Notes: a model not told the origin generated them from the sequence alone. A stretch of 50,241 bases of DNA from Candidatus Hodarchaeota archaeon (GCA_016840035.1 JAEOTC010000146.1:1-50241); one strand, 5' to 3'. Positions 1 through 11,400 are shown, numbered from the stretch's first letter. Made by a program: numbers and translations.

Positions 1-1
1 A

Positions 2-286
2 GAGTTCTTAATGAAATATAAAGTTATGGGTCTTGCAGTTGCCTTTATTCTTGGTATGTATCTGGGGGCTTTAGTTCAAGCACTTGTGAACGACCTAATT
101 ATGCCGTTCATTAATCTAATTTTACCAAATGTTCCTTGGGAGCAGATTGCGTTATTACCAACCGATGCTAGTCCTGATGGAATCTTTCTCATAGGACATT
201 TTACAGGTGAGCTTGTCACTTTTATCGTCGTGGCGTTTGTAATATTCCTTCTAGTTAAGTTCACCGCTAGGATAGGTATTGAATAA
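2..286 (+). CDS. mscL: Large-conductance mechanosensitive channel MscL (5'-truncated by window edge)
   Basis: Frame is open from nt 2 (E-F-L-MKYKVMGLAVAFILG...LVQALVNDLIMPFI...GHFTGELVTFIVVAFVIFLLVK), matching MscL TM1 (LAVAxIIG, LVxDIIMP) and TM2. Confidence 0.9.
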   Translation, partial: EFLMKYKVMGLAVAFILGMYLGALVQALVNDLIMPFINLILPNVPWEQIALLPTDASPDGIFLIGHFTGELVTFIVVAFVIFLLVKFTARIGIE

Positions 287-288
287 AT

Positions 289-310
289 CTTTCCTTTCCC
301 TTTTTTTTTC
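289..310 (+). terminator. Pyrimidine/oligo-T tract, putative archaeal terminator of mscL
   Basis: ctttcctttcccttttttttt directly after the TAA stop. Confidence 0.6.
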
Positions 311-445
311 GAGCTATTCATCTAACGGAGAGATAAGACTCTGTACAAGAAATGGGAACTTGTAAACTAAGGATGGATGTCTGGAGCTTCTATTAGACTT
401 TTCAAAGTCTTAGGTAAAAAAGAAGATGGAGTGAGAGAATTCTCT

Positions 446-1813
446 CTACCCTGAGACAGTAAAACCATCAAAAGCAACTGAAGGTACTTTCCCCATGAAG
501 GTTAATTTGTTATCGCTACCAAAAGCGATAATTTGTTGAAAGGCATTATATAGATTTCCAGCTATAGTTACCGCATCTAGAGGATGTTTAATTGCCCCAT
601 TTTCGATTACAAAACTAGAGGGAGAAACAACGGAGAAGTCACCTGAAATGAGATTGGAATGCATCATTCCCATCATGAAATCTGTAACAAGAATCCCATT
701 CTCAATTTCAGCAATTAACCCATTCAAATCTTTTGATCCTGGAGATACAGAAATCGTGGTGGGAGCGACAGTAGGGAGTGCTTCATATGGTTGGGGACCA
801 GCTCTATTAGCATTCCCAGTGCTTTCGGTACCATACGCTTTGGCATAGTAATTATCAAAAATGAAGGTTTTCAGGACCCCATTCTCTATGATAGGAGTCT
901 TCGTTCTAGGATAACCTTCTCCATCAATAGCATGGACATTAGGGTCTTCAAAGATTTGTCCATCATCATAGATGTTCAGATTCTTAACACCCACTTGATC
1001 ACCTATTCTATCTGCAAAAGCACTTCGTCCTTCTACAACACTCTTACCATTTACAGAATTACTAAGTGCAGTTCTAATAAACTGACCAGCAGCGATAGGA
1101 TCAAAAACAAATTTAGTTTGTTCTGATTTTCCTAATGGAGAAGAATCAAGCAATTTAACAGCTTTTTTAGCCCCTTTAGTGCCGATACCATCAAATGATG
1201 GAACACCTCTATCCATGATATAATCAAAACCAGTCTTCGTTTTTCCATTTTCTACAGCGGTGATATACGATTGACCAAAAGTGCCGGTTGATGCAGAGGC
1301 TTTTAAAATACCATCAGAATTACCAACTGCAAAAGCACCATATTCAACATATACTCCTCCTGAAACAGATGTGATACGTGAATCAAAAGCTTTTGCTTCC
1401 TGGAATATTTGATCTGCTCCACGAACGGCTTCCTCCGAAGTAACATCTAGAACAGAAGCATCAATAATTCCTTCTTTTCCACTATTGGGATTATGAATAA
1501 ATGATTCCCATCTATCATCAGGTTGATTCATTTTTGCACCAGTGATTGCAGATTCTATTGCAAAGTTAACTGCGGTATCAGTGATACCCGATGAGGAAGC
1601 AAATCCAATTTTTTTATCCAGAACACATCGACAACCTACTCCAATGTGTCCTCCTCGTTGAGCAGTGATAATTCCAGCATCCATATTTATTGCCAGCTCA
1701 TTGGACTTAACTAGAAATAGGTCTAGGGATTTAACTCCTATTGCATTCCCATGTTTTATTCCGCGTTCAACACGGCTCAGAAGATCGTCTTTCATGTCAG
1801 TAAATTCGCTCAT
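446..1813 (-). CDS. pmbA: TldE/PmbA family protein (non-catalytic partner of TldD)
   Basis: Motifs DGEGYPRTKTPIIENGVL, STGNANR, SNLISGDFS, TIAGNL; no HExxH; 4-nt ATGA overlap with tldD; GGAGG upstream. Confidence 0.9.
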   Translation of the reverse strand: MSEFTDMKDDLLSRVERGIKHGNAIGVKSLDLFLVKSNELAINMDAGIITAQRGGHIGVGCRCVLDKKIGFASSSGITDTAVNFAIESAITGAKMNQPDDRWESFIHNPNSGKEGIIDASVLDVTSEEAVRGADQIFQEAKAFDSRITSVSGGVYVEYGAFAVGNSDGILKASASTGTFGQSYITAVENGKTKTGFDYIMDRGVPSFDGIGTKGAKKAVKLLDSSPLGKSEQTKFVFDPIAAGQFIRTALSNSVNGKSVVEGRSAFADRIGDQVGVKNLNIYDDGQIFEDPNVHAIDGEGYPRTKTPIIENGVLKTFIFDNYYAKAYGTESTGNANRAGPQPYEALPTVAPTTISVSPGSKDLNGLIAEIENGILVTDFMMGMMHSNLISGDFSVVSPSSFVIENGAIKHPLDAVTIAGNLYNAFQQIIAFGSDNKLTFMGKVPSVAFDGFTVSG

Positions 1814-3237
1814 TTTGATTCGCCTCCAAAACGTACCTTGGAAAAGAGTAATTTAGGACCGCCATCACCAACAGGTAAAGGAAATTGACCTGCTTTTCCA
1901 CATCCTCCGAAATAGCCCGAAGAAAGTTCAAAATCTTTTGTTGCTCCTTCTACAAGTTTTAATAAATCAAGAATATTCCCTGTCAGGCTTACATCTTTGA
2001 GGGGGTACTTTTTCTCTCCATTTTCTACCCAGTAACCACGGACAGCTTTGAATAGAAAGTCACCGGATCCTTCAACTTGGCCACCACTAGTGCGAATGGC
2101 ATAAATCCCAGTACCAAGTTGCTCAAGCGCTTCTTCTTCCGTCATATCTCCAGGTGTGAAATAAGTATTCTTCATTCTAGGAATAGGGGGGTGTGCGAAG
2201 TTAATAGCTCGTGCATTTCCAGAATATTCAGTGTTTAACAAATTCGCTGTACTTCTTGATGTAAGGAAGTTCTTGAGAACTCCATCCTCCATCAGTACTG
2301 TACGAGTTGTTTTTACTCCTTCATCATCGTAAGGCAGGTATAATGGTGTTGATTTCCCATTGAATTCAGAGACTCCTTCGTCAATGATTGAAACGATATC
2401 AGCACCCAATTTCTCTCCAATCTTGTCGTGAATCGGACTTCCCTTGGTTACAATAAAGTCTGCTTCAGTTAAATGACCAAAAGATTCATGTGCTAAGACG
2501 CCGACGAGAGTATTTTCGCACAATGCTCGGAATTCTCCTGCTGGGGCTGATTTCGCTTTTAGTTGCTCTTTTGCCCAGAGTGCTGCATTTTTCCCTAGAT
2601 CCTCGGGTGTATTCTCACCTTGTTTATAGAATTCTAAACCAAACGATCCACCTCGTCCATCACCTGCGCGTACTAAATCCCCTTCTGGTGTTTTACTTAC
2701 AACCGTCGTTCGAAGATCAGAGATATAAGGTGACCATTGAATTTCAGTCCCATCTGAATTTGTAAACATCTTTTTACCTGATAATTCACCATACATTAAG
2801 ATGAGACTATTGATATCTTTTCCATATTCCTTAGCAGTAGACTCCATCCGATTTATTAAGTCCAATTTAACCTCGGATTCAGCTAGCCATGCAGGTTCCT
2901 TGAGTTTTGGTTCTAACATTTTTTTAATTGGAGATTTAGGTTCAATCTCGGATTTTACAATAACTTTATTGGAAGTGGCTTTAGCAATTCCCAAAGCATC
3001 CAAAGCGGCTTGTTCTAATGCTTTAGTATTAGTAATATCAGCAGAGAACGCATATGCTGAGGCACCTTTATAATAGACATTGAATCCGACCCCTGTTCGG
3101 TTCATTGTCTTTAACTGAGTAATCCGTCCATTTTCTTTGATAATTGTACGTAATAAGAGTTCATCGTAACGGGCATCAATATAATCTGCCCCTAAGGATT
3201 CACCCTTAGTAATTATCTTTTGTAAGACATCAAACAT
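1810..3237 (-). CDS. tldD: TldD family metalloprotease
   Basis: AHESFGHLTEAD (HExxGH), YDDEGV, PIPRMKNTY and C-terminal GGCGKAGQ; AAGGAG SD upstream. Confidence 0.93.
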   Translation of the reverse strand: MFDVLQKIITKGESLGADYIDARYDELLLRTIIKENGRITQLKTMNRTGVGFNVYYKGASAYAFSADITNTKALEQAALDALGIAKATSNKVIVKSEIEPKSPIKKMLEPKLKEPAWLAESEVKLDLINRMESTAKEYGKDINSLILMYGELSGKKMFTNSDGTEIQWSPYISDLRTTVVSKTPEGDLVRAGDGRGGSFGLEFYKQGENTPEDLGKNAALWAKEQLKAKSAPAGEFRALCENTLVGVLAHESFGHLTEADFIVTKGSPIHDKIGEKLGADIVSIIDEGVSEFNGKSTPLYLPYDDEGVKTTRTVLMEDGVLKNFLTSRSTANLLNTEYSGNARAINFAHPPIPRMKNTYFTPGDMTEEEALEQLGTGIYAIRTSGGQVEGSGDFLFKAVRGYWVENGEKKYPLKDVSLTGNILDLLKLVEGATKDFELSSGYFGGCGKAGQFPLPVGDGGPKLLFSKVRFGGESK

Positions 3238-3351
3238 ATAGTAGCTCCTTTATTTGATAGTTAGATCAGGAACTGGAGTTTTTTTTAAAAGGGAGTCGGT
3301 TGCGGCAGACTGAGTGGGTGTTAATCCAAGAAATGGAATAAGAATCGAAGG

Positions 3352-4086
3352 TTAGACAAGTTTCTTGAGGAGTTGATTCAGCTCTTTTTTTGTAATTCGC
3401 CGTCCCTTTCCATTAATAATTTCGAATATTGCTATACAATGAGATTCAATGTTTATTGAAAATATCCTTAAAGATTCAAAAGTAAATTCTCCGGCATTAA
3501 ATTGTTGATTTGCATGAACACTAAAATCCAATATACGTCTAAAGATTTGAGTCGTTTGGTCAGTATGTTCGTTAATATTAGGATCAATAATTGATTTGAA
3601 TACAGGATGAAAGTATTTTGTCTCATAAATAACGTAATTTCGAAATTTAGACTCATTCATAATCTTGATAAGGTTATTCAAAGACTTTAAGTCGATTTCA
3701 ACCATATCGCTATACATTGTTTTGACAACTTCATGGAATCCATCAAAGAAGAATCGTTCGATAATTGTCTCTTGATGTAAAACCTTGGTATACATTAACT
3801 CAAACTTTAACACTACTTCTCGGATGAAATCATGCTGGCGAGAATCATCTTCTTCTGTTGTAATAAGCACTCCATACGTCAGAACACCCTCATAAAGAAG
3901 GAATACGTAATCATCTCTTAAACGAATGGATTTAATGGTTTCTTGTTGAGTTACGCGAAGTGCACTAAAGATGGCGGACATCAATCCAGCACTTAAGTCC
4001 TCATCGATCTCGGATTCAAATGTACTAGTAAACTCGTGATTGAAAACTAATATCCCTGTTTTATTGATGATACTAAGTCCTAACAT
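3352..4086 (-). CDS. Longin-like domain protein, possibly with a second longin/roadblock-like domain
   Basis: N-terminus LSIINKTGILVFNHEF...DEDLSAGLMSAIFSAL...IKSIRL...FIREVVLKFELMY...FDGFHEVV follows the longin beta-beta-alpha-beta3-alpha-alpha pattern. Confidence 0.6.
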   Translation of the reverse strand: MLGLSIINKTGILVFNHEFTSTFESEIDEDLSAGLMSAIFSALRVTQQETIKSIRLRDDYVFLLYEGVLTYGVLITTEEDDSRQHDFIREVVLKFELMYTKVLHQETIIERFFFDGFHEVVKTMYSDMVEIDLKSLNNLIKIMNESKFRNYVIYETKYFHPVFKSIIDPNINEHTDQTTQIFRRILDFSVHANQQFNAGEFTFESLRIFSINIESHCIAIFEIINGKGRRITKKELNQLLKKLV

Positions 4087-4208
4087 CTGATGAAAAACTC
4101 TCTAAAGCTAAATTCTACTAGTATAGGCAAAAGAAATACTGTTCTCTGCCATTGAAAAATGAGTAACAAAGCTCAATTATAAGGGTTTGAGTATTCCAGA
4201 AAATTTTG

Positions 4209-5471
4209 CTAGAATTGTTGAGTTGTTATTGGGGGAAATTCTGTAGCAAATAGCTGATTAACAATACCTAAATAGTCTAAATCAGAGATTTGAGCAAGGC
4301 CCAGTGAGTACAATTTCCGAAAAGGTACCACACCCATAAACATTGAAGAGAATTCCTTAATATTCATTTGAATTTCTACTTCAAATTCTTTAAGATCATC
4401 TTTGACTGAGCATACTCCGTTTTCAAAGTGAAGAAGTAATTTTCCATTGTTTAGTTCTACAAAATTGTCTTTTAACGATAAAAGGAGTTTCACGGTTTGA
4501 TTACGGAAATTAAACGAGGATAAATCAGTAAAGAGTTTCTTTACGTTAATAATCCGATACATTATTCCTAATCCTTGGATATTACTTTCCTGTGAGGTTA
4601 AAAATATCCTTTGCCCACCATTTCGTGGGTCAAAAAGAAGATAATGGAAAAAATCATCCTGAGTATGGAAATACATGTTTCTAACTTGATCTGCTTGAGT
4701 ATGAAGATAGGCAAGCAATCCATGGAGAGCATCGCTATTCTCATAAATCAATTCTTCAATAATTAGATCATGTAATATAAAATTATCTGGAGTAACACGT
4801 TTAAAACTAAAAGCAAGAAACCCCTGAAGGGTGTTATCCTTTTTATACCCAATAACATTTAGCTTCGGTATGGATCGTTCCATACCTTTTTCATTTGTCT
4901 GGATCATCCCATGGGTTTTCTGAGCATAGCGATTGAAACATTCCACAATTGCAGAAAGGTCTGAAATTCCAAGTTTTACAATGTGATTTTTACTCCCTTT
5001 AGGTAAGGAGCTTGGCTTAAACTGGTATCTATTCATCTTTTTACCAAGGCCATAACCCATAGCAGCATAAAAATCTGGTCTAAATGGATAAAGAGCAGTA
5101 ATTGTAACTCCTTTTTCATAATAATGGTCGTGGAACGCTTTCACAATATTTTTTGCAGCATGCTCTTTTTTATGCAATAAATCTACACAAACTAAACCAA
5201 TACCACCAACATCAACCTGATGATCAAATAGAGTCATTCTAAAATCAAAATAAACCATTCCTCCTGCCAGCGTGTGGTCCTTAAAACATCCCATATAAGT
5301 GATAAGTGGGTTCTCCTCGTTAGATGCTTTCATTCGCTCAAGCCATGCCTGTTGAGCCTCGGCAGGAAAATTGTCGGGAAGCATAGCTGGATATGCTTTC
5401 ATAGCAATTAGTTGAAAGTCATCGAGTTCTTCTGCTGCTAGCTTTCTGATGGTATATCCTTCGTAGTCCAT
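4209..5471 (-). CDS. Eis-like GNAT acetyltransferase with C-terminal SCP2-like domain
   Basis: GGIGLVCVDLLHKKEHAAK, LYPFRPDFYAAMGYG, MYRIINV and L..KDNFVELNNG motifs; 420 aa is typical of the Eis family. Confidence 0.85.
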   Translation of the reverse strand: MDYEGYTIRKLAAEELDDFQLIAMKAYPAMLPDNFPAEAQQAWLERMKASNEENPLITYMGCFKDHTLAGGMVYFDFRMTLFDHQVDVGGIGLVCVDLLHKKEHAAKNIVKAFHDHYYEKGVTITALYPFRPDFYAAMGYGLGKKMNRYQFKPSSLPKGSKNHIVKLGISDLSAIVECFNRYAQKTHGMIQTNEKGMERSIPKLNVIGYKKDNTLQGFLAFSFKRVTPDNFILHDLIIEELIYENSDALHGLLAYLHTQADQVRNMYFHTQDDFFHYLLFDPRNGGQRIFLTSQESNIQGLGIMYRIINVKKLFTDLSSFNFRNQTVKLLLSLKDNFVELNNGKLLLHFENGVCSVKDDLKEFEVEIQMNIKEFSSMFMGVVPFRKLYSLGLAQISDLDYLGIVNQLFATEFPPITTQQF

Positions 5472-5642
5472 AGTAGAATTCCTCTGAAATCTCTAATCCG
5501 AGATTAGTCAATGAAAATTGCTAAGAAGGTGATTTTTTAAGGATTCTGACATAGGCAAAGTCAAAATCGTCTATAGTATGATGTACAAGAGAGATAAGTT
5601 ATGATATGTCAATAATGGATTTTTTCTAGAGGGAATAAGTCG

Positions 5643-5666
5643 AAAAAAAGAAAAAGGAGGAGAAAA
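5643..5666 (-). terminator. T-rich terminator of the giant surface-protein operon
   Basis: Minus strand reads ttttctcctcctttttcttttttt immediately after the TAA of the 920 aa gene. Confidence 0.6.
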
Positions 5667-8429
5667 TTAGGGCGGTGGCTTTCTCCTAGACCTTTTTGAA
5701 CTTTTAGGCGTATCCCCCGTGCCTCCGCTATCACCTTTGCCACCAAGTCTATCTCTGATAGCTCCAACGCCCTTGTCAATAGCACCAGTCTTTTTGCCTG
5801 CGTAAATTACAGCTGCCCCACCACCACCAATGATTGCTCCACCAGCAGCCATGGGAATGATAGTATCCAAAAAGCTTGGCTTGTAAACGGTTGGGGTATA
5901 AGGAACAAAGGTGGGAACCGTTTCCCGAGTGATAAGTATTTCTTCTGGTCCAATAGTGATCCTTAGCTCGTAGCTAGTAGCCTCACCTTCATTCATCAGA
6001 ACACGGAAATAGATATCTGTGGAATTAAACACATCCGTATAAGTCTGATTCATGGGGAAAGGACCAACCGTTTCAGCTGTGCTGGCTGTTAGGTAACTAG
6101 AATCTATTACACTTCCATTTGGATATAAAAGTTCAAGATCTAAGTTTTGACCCTGACCAAAAGTAACCTCAACAATTATTGCAAGACCGGCAGGAAGATT
6201 TGTTACATAAAAATCATCATCCTTAACACGCATCTGCAAATTTGACATAGGATGTGTCACAGGTTCATCAGGAATATTGTTTGTATCGATGAAACTAACT
6301 TGTGTGGCTTGAGCTAGATAATCATTGTCTTCATAAACATCGTCCGTCTCTAGGATATCGATAGATAGATTATACTGATTGGTTAAACCGTCAATAACAC
6401 AGACAATGTAATACTTGCCTGTTCGGGTTGCAGTAAAAGATAATGTTTCATTGAACAGTGTTCTACTCTGTGCAGCCAAGGATTGATCATCAAATAGAAG
6501 ATCAAGATCAATATCATTTAGATATTCTTCAACACCCCATGTACCTGCGACATATGTAAGATTGATCTCAATTATGTCTGATGAAACCAGATAAACGTAG
6601 TACCAATCGTCGTCTTTATCACGAAGGATCATTTCAGAATAATCGCCTTCAGCAATAGGAGCAGCCGTTTGGGCATTGTCATTAGATTCGAACGCGTCAT
6701 CAAATTCGGCGAGAACAATGGACATGTTATATTCTACACCAATAGTTGCGTAAGAACCAGCTTTTCCTGCTACTCCAATATAATAAACATCGGTTCTCCA
6801 AGCCATGAATGAAACTGTTTCAGTATTAGAAAGAGATAACGCAGAGCTATCGATGATGGTACCGTCCGCGGTGGCTAATGCTAGATCTAAATCTCCTAAA
6901 GTATTATTAAACTCAATAATGATCGTGAGATGATCTCCAGAAAGAAGAGATATCACATAAAAGTCCAAATCACCTTCTTGGGAGAAAAGCCCACCAAAAG
7001 GATCGGCGGGAGTAGGCCGTATCTCTTGCGATATACTGGGTAATAGATAAGGATGGAAAATATCGTCGTTGTCTTCTGCCCAATCATCAATCTCATCCAT
7101 AGCTATAGTGAGGTTGTAATAGCGAGGATCAGTATTATCTCCTGTAATGTGAATGAGATAAGTAAGATCCTTATTTGCTCTATGGGGCCCTATTCTTAAT
7201 CCACCAAAAATCGGGACACCAGCGCCAATTAAACCCGCTGCAGTTTCATTCTCGTACAATGTCATCTGAAGATCTCCGATGAAAGAGAACCACTTAAGAT
7301 CGATCAAAATCCGTTCTGTGGCCGATGCGGATACTTTATACCAATCATCAGAGCTTGAAGAGATAACCAGTCCCGAATGATGGCCTTCAATCATGCCAAT
7401 AGCACTTGCATTGACATCATTGCCTCCTGCTTCAACTTCAAGCGAATCTTCAATGGTAATGTTCAATTGGTAGTAATTTACAGTATTTAGATAGCTGTTA
7501 TCAAAAAGAAGATAGTACCATCCGTCATAGGGAGTCTGAAAGGAAAGTGTATCGATATCATTCGCACCCATATCTTCGAACTTGGCAATATCATTCAAAT
7601 TACCATCAATCGCCTGTTCATCATAAACATAGACCCAAGGACCGTCAGGTTCGGGATTCCCTGGATCTACAAAGGAAGCAACCGTAAGTGTGACTTCTGA
7701 TTGTTTATAGAACCAGATACAATACCAATCTTGCTTGTTAAAGTCAGAGAACCCTGTTGTTAATGAAAATCGTAGATTAGAATATGAACCAGGGAGGATC
7801 TCATCATCACTTGCACCATCACGAGGATCATCAATCTCATCAATTTTATCATTTGGGCTAGTAACCTCCCATTGATCTTCTTGAACGACTGACATGTTAT
7901 AAGTAGTTGAATAATCATCTTGGTATCCAATAAATGGTTTCTCTGCAGTGACTTCAATGAAAAATATGTCATTCTGAGTGATATATACTGGTCCAATACC
8001 TTCCTCATTTCCATTTCCATTACTTACACCTACTGTAGTCCCATTATTCGCTGTAACTTTGATATCTATATCAGCTACCAATTCTGGATCTGAATAGGTA
8101 AACAATTGTCCATTAGTATCATAGACATTTGTTTGATTAAATTCTAAGAAAATAGAGAAGTAGAAACCAGTATAAACATCAAATCGGTATAAGTCTTGAT
8201 CCAAAGTGCTTACATTGAGAGGTGTATTGGGATCATTTTTTACTGAGCTAGTACCTAAGTTAAGTGCAGTTCCAAAATCGTAATCTGGACCTTCCCAGAC
8301 GCTATCTGGATAGGTATAGGGAGAAGCAGAAACCACATTAGGGGTCAATGGCGCAAAGACGAGTAAAAACTGAAGAAAGAAGACAAGTATCAACAGTTTT
8401 GTTATCTTGGACACATTTTTAGATTTCAT
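5667..8429 (-). CDS. Membrane-anchored surface protein with six tandem PPC (pre-peptidase C-terminal/collagen-binding-like) domains
   Basis: Signal peptide; repeated D-x-x-E-x-N-D linkers (DDWAEDND, DDAFESND, DDVYEDND), D-x-D-[WF]-Y, D-[LI]-D-L and Y-x-L-x-I motifs; Gly-rich TM plus basic tail; ATGA overlap and GGAGGT SD. Confidence 0.8.
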   Translation of the reverse strand: MKSKNVSKITKLLILVFFLQFLLVFAPLTPNVVSASPYTYPDSVWEGPDYDFGTALNLGTSSVKNDPNTPLNVSTLDQDLYRFDVYTGFYFSIFLEFNQTNVYDTNGQLFTYSDPELVADIDIKVTANNGTTVGVSNGNGNEEGIGPVYITQNDIFFIEVTAEKPFIGYQDDYSTTYNMSVVQEDQWEVTSPNDKIDEIDDPRDGASDDEILPGSYSNLRFSLTTGFSDFNKQDWYCIWFYKQSEVTLTVASFVDPGNPEPDGPWVYVYDEQAIDGNLNDIAKFEDMGANDIDTLSFQTPYDGWYYLLFDNSYLNTVNYYQLNITIEDSLEVEAGGNDVNASAIGMIEGHHSGLVISSSSDDWYKVSASATERILIDLKWFSFIGDLQMTLYENETAAGLIGAGVPIFGGLRIGPHRANKDLTYLIHITGDNTDPRYYNLTIAMDEIDDWAEDNDDIFHPYLLPSISQEIRPTPADPFGGLFSQEGDLDFYVISLLSGDHLTIIIEFNNTLGDLDLALATADGTIIDSSALSLSNTETVSFMAWRTDVYYIGVAGKAGSYATIGVEYNMSIVLAEFDDAFESNDNAQTAAPIAEGDYSEMILRDKDDDWYYVYLVSSDIIEINLTYVAGTWGVEEYLNDIDLDLLFDDQSLAAQSRTLFNETLSFTATRTGKYYIVCVIDGLTNQYNLSIDILETDDVYEDNDYLAQATQVSFIDTNNIPDEPVTHPMSNLQMRVKDDDFYVTNLPAGLAIIVEVTFGQGQNLDLELLYPNGSVIDSSYLTASTAETVGPFPMNQTYTDVFNSTDIYFRVLMNEGEATSYELRITIGPEEILITRETVPTFVPYTPTVYKPSFLDTIIPMAAGGAIIGGGGAAVIYAGKKTGAIDKGVGAIRDRLGGKGDSGGTGDTPKSSKRSRRKPPP

Positions 8430-11400
8430 TTTCGAGACCTCCGATCTAAAAAGGGTGTAGCGGGAATGATTAATACTCCGATTAAAGCTGCAATGGATAG
8501 AAATATTGGTTCTAAGGAGAAATTAGTTTTCTTGATAGAAACTGGAGGTGAACCTGGATCAATAGACACTGTATTTCCATCAGTTCCAGGTCCTAACTGC
8601 TTTCCAGACAATGGATCTTCCTGAGGAATAATTATGTCTGTTTTCCCATGAAGAACATATATCCATTTATCAGCAGTTCCAACTGCAACATCCTGAATAC
8701 CATCATCGTTGAAATCAGCTAATGCCATAGCAGTGATGAGATAGGAAGGAACAAAGGATGCCCAGACAACTTCTCCAGTTGTACCATCAAGAGCAAATAT
8801 ATTATCATGATTCAAGGTAAGAATATCCTTAATACCATCATCATTCATATCTGCAACAAGATATTTAGGTAGATAGAACGTTGAGCGATCTTCAAAGAAC
8901 CAGACAATATCAAGAAGGAGTCCAGACGTTGGTTTCCCCTCGAGTAGGTAGGTTCCATCCCCAAATGAATGGACTACAATCTCATCCTCATTATCTTCAT
9001 CAAAATCACCAATTGTCATATGAGAAAGACGGAAGGGAATGTGAAGATGTGTTTTCGCAGCAAGAACAACAGAACTTGACCAATCGTTGCTTCTATAAGT
9101 AGCTACAGTACCATTGCGTACTATAACAGCTATCATAGGTAAACCTTGATCCTGATCAAATGTACCAACCGCAAAATCTTGTACCGTGACTGGGAATGCT
9201 CGGATGTACGATCCATCTAGTCCATTCAATATCCAGATAGAATGTTCATAAACTGCTACTACAATATCAAGAGTACCACTGTTACTGAAGTCAGCAGCCT
9301 CGAATCGGGTGAATGGGGCAAAGGGTTGATAGGTTTGCCATAAGATCGATCCACGGCCAGTTGAAGTGTCCATGGTTACATTGTATAAGTCAAATCGACC
9401 CCAAAGATGGGTAAATCGGAAACCTAGACTAAGACCAAGTTCTTCGACCACACCATCTTGATTTACATCAATAAATTTCATTCTGTTTATGATAACAGGG
9501 CCTAGATAATCTTCCCATATAGGTCGTCCAGTTTCACCATTAACAATAACTAGTAATCCGCTCTTGAGCGCAATAGCTACATCACTATAACCATCATGGA
9601 GATGGAAATCTTCAACTGCAATTCGACTAATAGGAGAGCTTACGCGATATTTCCAGATCATATCACCTGTAGTGCCATCTACTGCAATTAAATAGCGAGC
9701 GCGATCACCAAAGATTATATCTTCATCTCCATCCGCATTGAAGTCGCCTATAGCTAATCTGGTGACCATACCCCGTGTTTCAAACGAGATAGAATCATCC
9801 ATTTGAACAGCAATATTCCGATACTGAGTTGGTTCATGACGGACATAGGAAAACATAGCTGAAAACCCTGCAGGAGTTAGTATTGCTATATCTGCAAATT
9901 TACCAAAGTTACCAATAGAATGGTAAGGAATGAAACCACTAAATTCGTAGAAGAAGAGAGGAGTACCTTGACTTCCATCAATAACTTTCAATTCCCCTGT
10001 GTGAGGATAATCATTTCCTTGGTAAATAGTGGAGAAAAGAAGGTCGTCATGCTCACCGTCATCATCTAGATCACCCATGAAAATATGGGAAGCATACGAA
10101 TTCCAGAGATAATATTCCCAGAGGGATTCTTGCAGGTCTAACCCAGAGAATGTCATTAGTTTAGTAGGACCAAAAGCTACATAACTGAAATCATCCATAG
10201 CCCAGTGGCCCTCCCATCCAGCTGGACCTATTCCTGAAACTTTTACTGTATAGATTCGGCCTAATGGATCAGTTAATTCAACGTATTGGGTTGGAGTAGA
10301 ATGAGCAAACGTGGCATTAGTCACAAAATTTCCATCACTATCATAAGCAGTCCATACATAATCGTATGGATACCCAGTACCCGTTCCTATCCAAGCTGAA
10401 ACAATATAAGCTCCAGAATCGATGTCCACATAATTATCTGTTTCAAGAGTATAAAACCCCATTACTCCAGAATGAGGAGTGACCACAGTAGCTGAAAGGT
10501 CGACAACCGTCCAACCCTGAAGAGCAGAATTATTCAAGTTGGAAAAGGTAAGCCCTTCGATTTTATGTGCGACACGTTCGCCTTCAAAGAAATCTTCCCC
10601 TGTGTATGTGAAAGAACCGCTTGAACCCATAATCTGGAACATGACATCTACATAAGAATCATCATTGAAGTCATATCGAAGAGTATCTTCATAATTTCCT
10701 ACAGAGTTCTCGATTGTCATATTCCATAATTGTTGAGATCTGTTGATTAAGCCATCATAGGCAAAAAGAGTCCCATTGTTAAGGATTAGGATATCTTCAT
10801 GAGCATCATCTGTTAAAGACATTTGAACAGCGGTTAACCCGAAATCAGTATCATTAAATTGATACTCATGGATGATAGACCCATTCACATCAATGTATGC
10901 AACCGCTCCTTTTTGTGAAATCGTATCACGACTTGAGATTAGCAATGTCTGATTACCATCTGAAATATGCTCGACCTTCCAACTATTATCGGCATTGTAG
11001 AAAAGTGTGGGAGATCCACTCAGGATATTACCATCATGACCACTTATGACGTATACACGGTTATTGAGACCAATAACCATATCAAGTGTAGGATCACCAT
11101 CCATATCCGCTAAAATAAACTCGTTGAGCTCGTATGTAGATTGATAGTCAAAGGGAGTTGGTGATTGCCAGCTTTCTGTAGGATTATTCTCATCGATGAT
11201 TAATCCATATAGTCTTAATGCTCCCCGTTCACCAGCAGCTTGCATATCATAATCGATTACTAAAAAGACTAGATCATCACGACCATTAACATTTAAATCA
11301 ACAGTTTTCATCCATAAGATTGCAGAATTCCTTGAAATTGAAAAATCAATGTTAGAAAGATCATATGCCCAAAATTCTTTCCCTGTGGTTCCGTGGAGAG

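Noticed and set aside
395-446. Short inverted repeats (agacttt/aaagtct; gagagaattctctc) between convergent mscL and pmbA
   Set aside because: Single short palindromes in a termination zone; not enough for a MITE or operator call.
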